Source of the DNA: Desulfatiglandales bacterium
Lineage (GTDB): Bacteria; Desulfobacterota; DSM-4660; Desulfatiglandales; HGW-15
Direction of reading: 5' to 3'
Length of the DNA stretch: 64,000 nucleotides
Assembly (NCBI GenBank): GCA_963667015.2
Contig: CAXXJJ010000003.1
Location: 96,001 to 160,000 of the forward strand
Below, in pieces: positions 36,695-46,098 of the stretch (position 1 is the stretch's first letter; every line of letters starts with the position of its first letter). The notes beneath the pieces are model-generated. The model did no database searches and was not told the DNA's origin. It was given only the letters and a program-made list of their open reading frames with translations. Position numbers and translations under genes: made by a program.

Positions 36695-39013
36695 ATGAGC
36701 ACCATAACAATCGGCCTCACCGGGAATCCCAATTGTGGAAAAACCACGTTGTTTAACTGTCTTACCGGAGCCAAGCAACGGGTGGGAAACTGGCCTGGCG
36801 TTACTGTTGAGCGAAAGACAGGTAATTATAAACATAAGGGTATAAATATAGAGGTTGTGGACCTTCCCGGGATTTATTCCCTTTCAGCAACATCACTCGA
36901 TGAAAAGATATCCAGGGACTTTGTTATTTCAGGACAGCCTGATCTAATCCTGAACATAGTGGATGCTTCAAATCTTGAAAGGAATCTGTACCTGACGGTT
37001 CAGCTCCTGGAAATGAAAGTGCCTGTTATCATAGCCTTAAATATGATGGATATAGCGGAACAGAAAAAAATAAAGATTGATGTGGATAAACTTTCAGATG
37101 CTCTGGGGTGTTCTGTTGTGCCGATTGTGGCAAGGGAAGGAAAAGCTGTTGATGAATTAAAGGATCAAATTTTAGCGGGTTCAAAAAATAAGGCAAAAAC
37201 AGATATAAAAATCCGCTATTCGGAAGAGATGGAAAAGTTTATTGATCTTATTATTCCAGCTGTTTCTGAAAAGGCACGTGCAAAGGGCCTTGACCCCAGA
37301 TGGATTGCCCTGAAGCTGATTGAAGAAGATGAGATGGTTTTAAGTTTAGTTGGTGATGACGTTGATAAAATATTTATGGACGCGGATAAGAATCTTTCCG
37401 TGGTTATGGAGGATGATCCTGATATTCTCATAGCAGACGGCCGCTATGGCTTTATAAACTGTGTTTGCCATGACGCTGTTGAAAAAAAATATGAAATAAG
37501 GCGAACAGTCTCCGATGCCATTGATAATGTATTATTAAACCGGATACTGGGTATTCCCATCTTCCTTTTGGCAATGTATCTGACATTCATGATCACTATA
37601 AATGTCGGAGGATGTTTTATTGATTTTTTTGATATACTTTTTGGCGCGGTGTTCGTGGACGGGTTTACATACCTCCTTGAAGCGATCAATTTTCCTGAAT
37701 GGCTTGTTACCTTTCTTGCCGGAGGGATAGGCGGCGGTATACAGACCATGTCCACCTTTATTCCGCCAATAGGATTCATGTTTCTCTGCCTGGCAGTACT
37801 TGAGGATTCGGGATACATGTCCAGGGCGGCCTTTGTAATGGACAGGTTTATGAGCTATATAGGCCTGCCCGGAAAATCTTTTGTTCCCCTGCTTGTGGGT
37901 TTCGGATGTAATGTTCCTGCCATAATGGCTACAAGGACCCTTGATAATGAAAGGGACAGGATATTAACCATTATGCTAAATCCCTTTATGTCCTGCGGTG
38001 CCCGGTTACCTATTTATGCCCTGTTTGCAGCAGCATTTTTCCAGAAGTCAGGAAGCCTGCTGGTTTTTGGCCTCTATATCGCCGGTATACTGCTGGCGGT
38101 TGTTACAGGCCTGATTTTGAAAAGCACTGTTTTAAAAGGAGAGATTGGTCATTTTATTATGGAACTGCCCTCCTACCATCTGCCCACAGTCAGGGGTGTC
38201 CTATACCATGCCTATGGAAGATTAAAGAGTTTCATGTTCAGTGCGGGAAGGGTTTTGATACCTCTCTTTATAATACTTGCCTTTTTAAACTCCATGGGTA
38301 CAGACGGGACCTTCGGAAATGAAGACAGTAAAAAATCAATACTCAGTGCAGGGGGGCGTGCTATTACACCCCTGTTTGAACCAATGGGTATTACTGAAGA
38401 TAACTGGCCTGCAACAGTAGGAATATTTACTGGAGTATTAGCCAAGGAGGCGGTGGTTGGAACTCTTGATGCCCTGTATACATCCATAGCAGATGATGAA
38501 AGCGGGGAAGGGGGTGAATTTGATTTCCCTGCCAGTGTAAAAGAAGCTTTTTTATCAATACCTGCCGCATTTTCCGAGCTTGGAGGAGCTGTAGTTAATC
38601 CTCTCGGAATAAGCGCAGGTGAAACGGGTGATCTTCAGGAAGCCGCGGAAGAGCAAGAGGTCAGGGTTAAAACATTTGGTGTAATGTTGAAAAGTTTTGA
38701 CGGAAAGATCGGAGCTATAGCATATCTCCTGTTCATTCTCATTTATTTCCCATGCCTGGCTGCAATGACTGCAATATACAGAGAAACAAATCTCAGGTGG
38801 ACATTATTTGCCGGCATATATTTAACCGGCCTGGCATGGATAGTGGCAACACTCTTTTATCAGCTGGGTACCTTTTCAAAACATCCGGGAACATCCATGA
38901 TATGGGTGGCGATCCTGGTTAGTGTTTTTATAGCTTTTATTATGGGAATGAAGAGAGCGGCACGAAAAATTCCGCCAAGGGCAGGCCATGCCGGTGCCAT
39001 GCAGGCGGTGTAG
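36695..39013 (+). CDS. feoB: Ferrous iron transport protein B (canonical)
   Basis: GNPNCGKT, GNWPGVTVE, DLPG, NMMD, GFGCNVPAIMATR, PFMSCGARLP. Confidence 0.96.
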   Translation: MSTITIGLTGNPNCGKTTLFNCLTGAKQRVGNWPGVTVERKTGNYKHKGINIEVVDLPGIYSLSATSLDEKISRDFVISGQPDLILNIVDASNLERNLYLTVQLLEMKVPVIIALNMMDIAEQKKIKIDVDKLSDALGCSVVPIVAREGKAVDELKDQILAGSKNKAKTDIKIRYSEEMEKFIDLIIPAVSEKARAKGLDPRWIALKLIEEDEMVLSLVGDDVDKIFMDADKNLSVVMEDDPDILIADGRYGFINCVCHDAVEKKYEIRRTVSDAIDNVLLNRILGIPIFLLAMYLTFMITINVGGCFIDFFDILFGAVFVDGFTYLLEAINFPEWLVTFLAGGIGGGIQTMSTFIPPIGFMFLCLAVLEDSGYMSRAAFVMDRFMSYIGLPGKSFVPLLVGFGCNVPAIMATRTLDNERDRILTIMLNPFMSCGARLPIYALFAAAFFQKSGSLLVFGLYIAGILLAVVTGLILKSTVLKGEIGHFIMELPSYHLPTVRGVLYHAYGRLKSFMFSAGRVLIPLFIILAFLNSMGTDGTFGNEDSKKSILSAGGRAITPLFEPMGITEDNWPATVGIFTGVLAKEAVVGTLDALYTSIADDESGEGGEFDFPASVKEAFLSIPAAFSELGGAVVNPLGISAGETGDLQEAAEEQEVRVKTFGVMLKSFDGKIGAIAYLLFILIYFPCLAAMTAIYRETNLRWTLFAGIYLTGLAWIVATLFYQLGTFSKHPGTSMIWVAILVSVFIAFIMGMKRAARKIPPRAGHAGAMQAV

Positions 39014-39060
39014 GGATTTTTTTGAAAGGGTGAATGAAACTTGAAACAGGAGAAAACACA

Positions 39061-39291
39061 ATGATACTTACTGAAATTAAAAAATATTTGATCGAGAACA
39101 GGGTAGCTTCATTAACCGATCTTTCAGTACGGTTTGATGTTGATACTAATGCAATGCGAGGCATGCTGGATCAGTGGATAAAAAAAGGCAGGTTGAAAAA
39201 ACTCCCAATGGGTACAAAATGCTCACACTGTTGCGGAGAATGTGATTCAGAGAATCTGGAAATTTATGAATGGATTGAAAAGGAAGTTTAA
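39061..39291 (+). CDS. feoC: FeoC-like winged-helix protein
   Basis: LTEIKKYL..ASLTDLS..WIKKG, CSHCCGEC; AGGAG RBS. Confidence 0.8.
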   Translation: MILTEIKKYLIENRVASLTDLSVRFDVDTNAMRGMLDQWIKKGRLKKLPMGTKCSHCCGECDSENLEIYEWIEKEV

Positions 39292-39293
39292 TT

Positions 39294-39581
39294 ATGTTCC
39301 AAAATAAAATGAGAATAAATGGGATATGTAAAAAATGTCCCTTAACCAACTCTTCCTATACACCCCTTTCACAGGCAAGACCGGGTGTGAAACTTATTAT
39401 TATGGAAATGAGGGCAGGAAGGTCAGCCCATTTAAAGTTGACCTCTCTCGGTTTGCATCCGGGAGACGCTATTGAAATAATCAACAGTAATTATGGGAAG
39501 CTTGTTGTTGCCCATAACAATACACGTATTGCCCTTGGAAGGGGAATAGCTGAAAAGATTATGGTAGATTTTGAAAGGTAA
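39294..39581 (+). CDS. feoA: Ferrous iron transport protein A
   Basis: KLTSLGLHPG, RIALGRGIAEKIMV. Confidence 0.88.
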   Translation: MFQNKMRINGICKKCPLTNSSYTPLSQARPGVKLIIMEMRAGRSAHLKLTSLGLHPGDAIEIINSNYGKLVVAHNNTRIALGRGIAEKIMVDFER

Positions 39582-39775
39582 TACATATAGGTGAAGTGTT
39601 AATTAAATTCAGTGAAAACCTTTGTTAATTCAAACTCTCTCTATTTCCCTACACATGTTCGACGTCTTTCATACATGGCTCAAGCGTCAGCGGGCAATAG
39701 TGTTATATTAATAACCCATCTGGAGAAAAACTACAGTTATTTCCTGCCGTATGTTTTTATTGCATGTTGTTCCCA

Positions 39776-39994
39776 TTAGAAAGATTTAATTCTCATATGC
39801 ACCATCGAACATATTCCAAGCATATCAGGTATAAGGAATATCAATTTTGTTATAAAAGGAAGTCCTTTATACATCCCCTTTGACATTGATACTGCACTTT
39901 TTACCTTTATCCTTTTGTCCCATGTTTCCAGGATTTTTACAGGTTTAAGTCCCCATCCGCCATCCATGGATATGCCCATGCCGCCCTTTTTTAA
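39776..39994 (-). pseudogene. Duplicated 3' fragment of the methyltransferase gene at 45094-45921
   Basis: 39792-39994 matches 45113-45315 with one mismatch. Confidence 0.85.
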
Positions 39995-40078
39995 CGCCCA
40001 TCCATAAAGAGGCAAATTCTGGATGGAAACCAGCTAATAAATAAGCAATGGGTTGAGTGTTTCTGTCATAGACCCTGT

Positions 40079-40882
40079 TTATTTTAACCGAATATGAATG
40101 ATTTTCATTCCTTTCCTAAATGTCGGAATATTAGCCATTAGTTTTAAGATAAAAGGAAACCTGCTTTTATGTCTGTCAAAATAATACCATTCTTCGTTAA
40201 AACTGATGCCTTGCTTCCAGTTTTCTAAATCAGCACCAGTCTTAATTCCCCATTTGAATTGCGCATTATATTGGTTATCATCCGGATGTTTTTCCGTTCT
40301 TTTTGCAATCCAGGGTGACATGGCTTCAAAAAGCATCTCGGCTCCCGGAAAAGCTAATTCGATGTTCTTGAACAGTTCTTTTACCTCCTCTTCGGTGAAA
40401 TACATGAGCAGGCCTTCGGCAAGAAAAAGGAGGGGATTGTCTTTGGGGATTATTTCCAGCCAGGAAAAATCCGTCACCGATTTCGGGATAAACTTGAATC
40501 GATCCGTTTCTTCAAAGAAGTTCTTCCTCAAGCTGATGGCCTCCGGCACATCCAGGTCGTACCACAGTACCGATCCGTTATCCAGCCGGTGAAAGCGGGT
40601 ATCAAGTCCGCAGCCGAGGTTTACTACTACGGCGCCGGGATGTGCTGCAAGAAAGCGGTTTGTCTGTTCATCCAGTATCTCAGTACAGACAGCTACGCCG
40701 ATTTGAGAACCTTTGGACACTTCTTTTTTTTCTGGAAAATCATATTCAATCTGATCCAGTATTTCTATGGATTTAGGATCGGATATTATTCCGTTTTCAT
40801 TCTTTGACTCCAGATACCTTGCCCGAAGAGGGATGAGCATTGTATCCGGCACCCCTGAAAGTTTTGCTTTTTCTCTTTCCAT
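40079..40882 (-). CDS. LCM/TcmP-like methyltransferase, close paralog of 7354-8160
   Basis: TMLIPLRARYLE, VVNLGCGLDTRFHRLDNG, AEGLLMYF; GGAGA RBS before ATG 40882. Confidence 0.87.
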   Translation of the reverse strand: MEREKAKLSGVPDTMLIPLRARYLESKNENGIISDPKSIEILDQIEYDFPEKKEVSKGSQIGVAVCTEILDEQTNRFLAAHPGAVVVNLGCGLDTRFHRLDNGSVLWYDLDVPEAISLRKNFFEETDRFKFIPKSVTDFSWLEIIPKDNPLLFLAEGLLMYFTEEEVKELFKNIELAFPGAEMLFEAMSPWIAKRTEKHPDDNQYNAQFKWGIKTGADLENWKQGISFNEEWYYFDRHKSRFPFILKLMANIPTFRKGMKIIHIRLK

Positions 40883-40906
40883 TATCGATTCTCCACGGTT
40901 TGTACA

Positions 40907-40953
40907 TAGCAGTGCCCATCCTGATTTTTGTTCTTTCTGGATGGGCACTGCTA
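40907..40953. repeat. Perfect 15-bp intercistronic hairpin, homologous to 57397-57430
   Basis: TAGCAGTGCCCATCC / GGATGGGCACTGCTA. Confidence 0.6.
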
Positions 40954-40989
40954 ATCAAATATCTAAAAGAGGCTTGCCCCGTTTAACCA

Positions 40990-43014
40990 TTAAAAACGGG
41001 CAGCAAATGTGACTCCGAATTCAGCAGGCGGACTGTAAATAACGTACATGCCTTCATCGTAAGGCAGGTCGTATTCTTCATCCAAAATATTTTTCCCATA
41101 AAGATAAATATCGTAATGCTCTGTTTCGTAGCCAACTTTGACATTGATCAGGGCATATGCATCCCGTTTATATTCATTGGCCTTGTCGGTATACATATTT
41201 CCTGTTCCTACAACATCTGCCCCGTAGTAAAAACCTGATGAAACTCGGTATGTAGCGCCGATGTTGAAGGTGTAATCGGGAGTGTAGGGTCTCCTGTTTC
41301 CTTCATAGTTTCCAAGGGCATCACTGAAATCATCAAACCTGGCCTCGACATACCCAAAACCGGCAGTCATGATCAACCCATGCATCGGCTTATATATCGT
41401 TTCAATTTCAAAACCTTTACTCGATACCTCGGCGGCATTGGTTGTATAATTAGAGGTTGTATTGACATACTCCTGTACCTGGGCATCGGTGATATCCATG
41501 TAAAATGCTGATACATTAAGGATCAATCGGTTATTGAGTAAAGTGTTTTTGATGCCGATTTCATAGGACCAGAGTTTTTCCTCATCAAAACTCATGTACT
41601 GAGATTTGCCGGCATAGGCCGCATAACTGTTAAATCCTCCGGGAAGATAGCCTTTGGAGACGGTGGCATAGGTCATCATCTCTTTACTCACTCGATACTC
41701 GGCGCCGATCTTCGGAGACACTTCGCTCCAGGTGTCTTCAAGGCTGATACCGTAACTGGGCTGGTTAAACTCTCGCTCCTGATAATCATATCGAATACCA
41801 CCCAGAACTGAAAAATCACCAATCGGTACATTTATATGAGAAAAAGCTGATCTGGAGGTCCCTTCATTCACGGCATCATCAATTGCCATTATCATCGACG
41901 GGTAAATTGAACTGGAACTGTACTTGTTCTCAATCTCGTCGGTATCGGTATAGATGCCGACAACCCACTTTATCGGTGTATTGGTTGAGCTGAGCCGAAG
42001 CTCTTCCGAATATCTTGTTGTTTCCAGCTGGCTTCGATAATGAAAATATTCGGGTTGGGCAAAGTCATAATCCTGAAGATTGTCAACAGAATACTTTCGA
42101 TTGGAAGTAACCGAGGACAATTTTAAAGTGTCTGAAAGACGGTACTCCACTTTGAGGGTCAAAGCGGTCGTGTCGGTCTTATCATAGCCGTACAGGGTGG
42201 AAGAAACCACCCGGTCCCCGGGAGCTGAAAGTCCGTATTGAGAAGCTCCCAATTCGGTGAGGTTCATGTGCTGCTGGCCATTGTCATATTTGAGATAGGT
42301 ACCGCTCAGTGTGATATCCAAATCACCGGTTGGTGTAAACCTCAGTTTTGCAGCCACATAGTCCTGTTTAAGGTCATCGATGGTATCGCCGGAGGTGTTT
42401 TCAAGCCACCCGTCTTTCTGTTCATGAAGAATCGACAAACCGGCATAAAATTTATCCTGGATAATCGGTCCGGAGAATGTTCCTTCAGCTTTTATCTTAT
42501 TATCTATGCCAAGTTCCGCAGAAACCTGCCCCTGTGCTTCGCTATCCGGAGTGTGGGTAATGATATTGATAATACCTGCTTCAGAACCTTTGCCGTATAG
42601 TGTCCCCTGGGGTCCTTTCAATATTTCGATACGTTCAGCATCAATAAGCGCCTGCTCATATCCCATTCCATCCAGAATCGGCACCCCATCCACATAGAGT
42701 CCGACTGCAACAGTATGGGAATGTATTTCGGCAAACATGCCTCGCATGGATGGCATATTGTAACCGGAAGCACCTGCCTCTATAATTGTGAAATTTGGCG
42801 TGAAATTTGAGATATCGGAGATACCTTCCATTTTTAGGTCATTAACTTCATCGCCGCTAAAAACCGTAAGTGATCCGGATACTTCCTGTGTGTTTTCTTC
42901 AGTTTTGTTAGCGGTAACAGTCATGGTTTTGAGGGTTATGATCTCTTCCGCATGGGCACTGCTAAATAGACAAAACAATGCTGCAACCAATAGTGCCGTT
43001 ATTTTGGTATTCAT
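40990..43014 (-). CDS. TonB-dependent receptor, FyuA-like
   Basis: TMTVTANK, ERIEILKGPQGTLYG, C-terminal RF. Confidence 0.92.
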   Translation of the reverse strand: MNTKITALLVAALFCLFSSAHAEEIITLKTMTVTANKTEENTQEVSGSLTVFSGDEVNDLKMEGISDISNFTPNFTIIEAGASGYNMPSMRGMFAEIHSHTVAVGLYVDGVPILDGMGYEQALIDAERIEILKGPQGTLYGKGSEAGIINIITHTPDSEAQGQVSAELGIDNKIKAEGTFSGPIIQDKFYAGLSILHEQKDGWLENTSGDTIDDLKQDYVAAKLRFTPTGDLDITLSGTYLKYDNGQQHMNLTELGASQYGLSAPGDRVVSSTLYGYDKTDTTALTLKVEYRLSDTLKLSSVTSNRKYSVDNLQDYDFAQPEYFHYRSQLETTRYSEELRLSSTNTPIKWVVGIYTDTDEIENKYSSSSIYPSMIMAIDDAVNEGTSRSAFSHINVPIGDFSVLGGIRYDYQEREFNQPSYGISLEDTWSEVSPKIGAEYRVSKEMMTYATVSKGYLPGGFNSYAAYAGKSQYMSFDEEKLWSYEIGIKNTLLNNRLILNVSAFYMDITDAQVQEYVNTTSNYTTNAAEVSSKGFEIETIYKPMHGLIMTAGFGYVEARFDDFSDALGNYEGNRRPYTPDYTFNIGATYRVSSGFYYGADVVGTGNMYTDKANEYKRDAYALINVKVGYETEHYDIYLYGKNILDEEYDLPYDEGMYVIYSPPAEFGVTFAARF

Positions 43015-43301
43015 TCTTTTCTCCTCATTTAATCCGTAATATTTAATTCGCTATTCAAAATCTTTTTATGAGATTTGATTAGCATCCACATAATAATTAA
43101 TCCTCATATACAAAATAAAAATTGTAATATGATTTTCTGTTTATAGAGGTTCTCGGTTGGAAAGGCTAACGGTGGATTATATTTTTTTAACATCTGCTGA
43201 TATTTTTTTCGACGTTTGTTTATGAATGGTTTTCGGATAATCAACCGGATATTTAATTAAGTGGTTTGTGAAAAGCTATATGGTAGATAACTATTATATT
43301 A

Positions 43302-43315
43302 TTAGACTAGCCTAA
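43302..43315. promoter_or_regulatory. DtxR-type box
   Basis: TTAGACTAGCCTAA in the divergent receptor/araC intergenic region. Confidence 0.75.
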
Positions 43316-43390
43316 TAATTATCTTGACTTTTTTACACTCCAAATATACTTGTAAAAACAAAGTTTTTTATTGATTAAAAGGAGAGGGGT

Positions 43391-44380
43391 ATGCGTATCC
43401 TGGATAACGAATTAATCGGGCGACCCTCGTCAAATGCTATGACTTCTCCCAATTCGTTGGCAATGAACAGGCGGTTTGGAAAGGGTATAATAAAGACGGT
43501 TCCGGTGAAGGAAAATGTCTGGATTTCATCCTGGGATTTCACATTTAATCAGGATACTTGTGTTATACCAACATCACCTAAAAAACTTTATGGGCATGTA
43601 GTGATATATATATGCCTGTCAGGTGACATAAACTATACCTTTCCTGACAGGGCATTTCACATTAAAAACGACTATTCCGGCGTATCTGTCAGTAACCCTG
43701 ACAATTTACTAATTAAGGAAGAATACAAAAAAGACAGCCGCTTGAGGATGGTTAGTGTTCTATTTGATCAAGACTCGTTTTTCACCATGACCGGGAGGAA
43801 GACAAGCGAGATTTATCAACTCTTTAACCTGGAACTTTCCGGGCGAAAGCGAAAAGTACCACCCGGTATGCGCAGCGTAGCGGAACAGCTTCTCATACCA
43901 CCTCCGGAAGGTGTTGATAGAAATCTGTTTCTGGAGGCCAAGGTCATTGAATTTGTGTCTTATAAACTGGGCATCCTTGATAGATATCGCCCGATCGGAA
44001 GAAAGCCCGAACCGAAATATGCATCTCTGGATGAAAGGGTTAACTACGCAGCCGAACTATTGGAAAAGAGGATGGATGATCCTCCAGGTATATTCGATCT
44101 TGCCCGGAACACCGGATTAAATCACATCAAACTGACTCAGGGGTTCAAAGATATTTTTGGACTCACACCCTATGAGTATCTAAGCAAAATTCGTTTACGA
44201 AAAGCCGCTAAAATGATCGCAAGCAGAGAACAGAATGTAACGGAATCCGCTTTTAGCGTTGGGTACTCAAACCTGAGCCATTTTGCCAAAATCTTCCGCC
44301 ATGAGTTTGGCGTGAACCCCAAAGAATATGCCAAACTCCGAACAAACTCCAACAAAGTAAGTATGGGGTCAGTCCGTTGA
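43391..44380 (+). CDS. AraC-family regulator, PchR-like
   Basis: LFLEAKVIE, PPGIFDLA, NVTESAFSVGYSNLSHFAKIFRHEFG. Confidence 0.9.
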   Translation: MRILDNELIGRPSSNAMTSPNSLAMNRRFGKGIIKTVPVKENVWISSWDFTFNQDTCVIPTSPKKLYGHVVIYICLSGDINYTFPDRAFHIKNDYSGVSVSNPDNLLIKEEYKKDSRLRMVSVLFDQDSFFTMTGRKTSEIYQLFNLELSGRKRKVPPGMRSVAEQLLIPPPEGVDRNLFLEAKVIEFVSYKLGILDRYRPIGRKPEPKYASLDERVNYAAELLEKRMDDPPGIFDLARNTGLNHIKLTQGFKDIFGLTPYEYLSKIRLRKAAKMIASREQNVTESAFSVGYSNLSHFAKIFRHEFGVNPKEYAKLRTNSNKVSMGSVR

Positions 44381-44450
44381 CTCTTGTCAATTTTAATCCA
44401 CCCGAGGCGGACAGGTAATCACAAATCAAAAACATTCAGGGGCGGCTGTT

Positions 44451-45035
44451 TTAAAATTTAGGCAATATCCTTCCTGTTTCTTTCATATATTTTAAATATT
44501 CTTCTCCAAACTCTTCTTCCATCATTTTTTCTTCATAGGGAACACGAATGAAGTAAAGGAGCGCCCATGGAACAAGGCCTCCCAGACTCACTGTCCAGTT
44601 TGATGAAATCAAAAACTGCGCAATTACCCATATCCAGATCTGAGTATACATTGGGTGCCTTATTCTTTTGTAGGGGCCTTCCTTTGTCAGTGTGTGGCCT
44701 TCTCTTATTTCAAGTATCGGGGACCAGTTTTTCCCCAGTGTCCTGTGTACTTCATAAAACAGCCAGAGGCTTAGTACTGCTGCTATTACCCCTGCTGTTC
44801 TTGCGTAATTGGGTAGCCCTATATCTGTTGTTCTGAACAGCCCGGAAAACATCCATATCATGGGTATTATCATCATTCCGATTGAAACCAGGAATACCAG
44901 GAATTTTTCTCTTTTTCCTCCTTCGGTTCTTAATTTGACATTGCCTTTGATATTTTTTGCATAGTAAATTCTTATAAGCATAAATATCAGGAATAGTATC
45001 CCGAAAGTTATCTTGTAAACATGTTCCTGTGTCAT
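44451..45035 (-). CDS. Isoprenylcysteine carboxyl methyltransferase (Ste14/ICMT) family membrane protein
   Basis: LGKNWS, GPYKRIRHPMY, RVPYEEKMM..FGEEY..Y. Confidence 0.88.
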   Translation of the reverse strand: MTQEHVYKITFGILFLIFMLIRIYYAKNIKGNVKLRTEGGKREKFLVFLVSIGMMIIPMIWMFSGLFRTTDIGLPNYARTAGVIAAVLSLWLFYEVHRTLGKNWSPILEIREGHTLTKEGPYKRIRHPMYTQIWIWVIAQFLISSNWTVSLGGLVPWALLYFIRVPYEEKMMEEEFGEEYLKYMKETGRILPKF

Positions 45036-45093
45036 TCTGTTGTTTCCTTTTTTAATTGTAAAAATATCTGAGCTTATTCTGTACAGCTCCGGC

Positions 45094-45921
45094 CTACCGG
45101 GAAGTATCAATCCTCATATGCACCATCGAACATATTCCAAGTATATCAGGTATAAGGAATATCAATTTTGTTATAAAAGGAAGTCCTTTATACATCCCCT
45201 TTGACATTGATACTGCACTTTTTACCTTTATCCTTTTGTCCCATGTTTCCAGGATTTTTACAGGTTTAAGTCCCCATCCGCCATCCATGGATATGCCCAT
45301 GCCGCCCTTTTTTAATACCTGTTTTTTTGCCATCTTCATTCCCATGGGCGACAGCGAATCAAAATAAAAATCACACTCTTTAAAAAAGTCTGCTGATTTA
45401 ATAAAAAACTCTTTTATCTGTTCCTCTTCAAAATAATAAAGCACACCGCCTGCAAGAAACAGCAGGCTGTCTTTTACCTCTATCTGTTCAAACCATTTGT
45501 CAGTATCCAGAAATGAAGACGCAATGCTTATGTGTCTTTCGCTGTCCTCATAAAATTTCTTTCTGAGTTCAATAACATCAGGCAGGTCAAGTTCATAAAA
45601 AAGAATTTTACCGTTATCAATACGGCTGAAGGTGGTGTCCAGACCACAGCCGATATTTACAATCGTTGCCTCCGGGTGCTGTTTAATAAACTCACGGGCA
45701 GTTCTGTCCGTGTGAAGGCTGCGAGCTACCCAGCCGTGCTGCGACATAGCCTGGGTTTTTTCTATTTCAGTAAAATCGTAATCAATATTTTTAATGATTT
45801 TTACAGCGTTTTCATCAATTAAACGCGGATTGGCCCTTTGTGTTTCATATGCCCTGCCCCATAGAGGCAGTAAGAGGGTTTCCTGTACCGTGCCTTTTGT
45901 GATTTTGATTTTTTGTTTCAT
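45094..45921 (-). CDS. LCM/TcmP-like methyltransferase
   Basis: VQETLLLPLWGRA, IVNIGCGLDT, ELDLPDVIELR. Confidence 0.87.
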   Translation of the reverse strand: MKQKIKITKGTVQETLLLPLWGRAYETQRANPRLIDENAVKIIKNIDYDFTEIEKTQAMSQHGWVARSLHTDRTAREFIKQHPEATIVNIGCGLDTTFSRIDNGKILFYELDLPDVIELRKKFYEDSERHISIASSFLDTDKWFEQIEVKDSLLFLAGGVLYYFEEEQIKEFFIKSADFFKECDFYFDSLSPMGMKMAKKQVLKKGGMGISMDGGWGLKPVKILETWDKRIKVKSAVSMSKGMYKGLPFITKLIFLIPDILGICSMVHMRIDTSR

Positions 45922-45986
45922 GTTGTTTCCTCCTTTTTAAAGCTGAACCGCTAAGAAAAGCTAAATTTTAAATATTGTTTTTGTTA

Positions 45987-46088
45987 ACCACTGAAAACAC
46001 GGAGGCCACGGAGAAAAACAAAAGCAGAAAACATAATTAATTAAAAATATAAAATGTTTTTCTACGTGTTCTCCGTACCCTCCGTGGT
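45987..46088. repeat. Imperfect inverted repeat built of 9-bp units
   Basis: ACCACTGAA-AACACGGAG-GCCACGGAG vs reverse complement of right arm ACCACGGAG-GGTACGGAG-AACACGTAG. Confidence 0.6.
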
Positions 46089-46098
46089 AAAATAGCGT

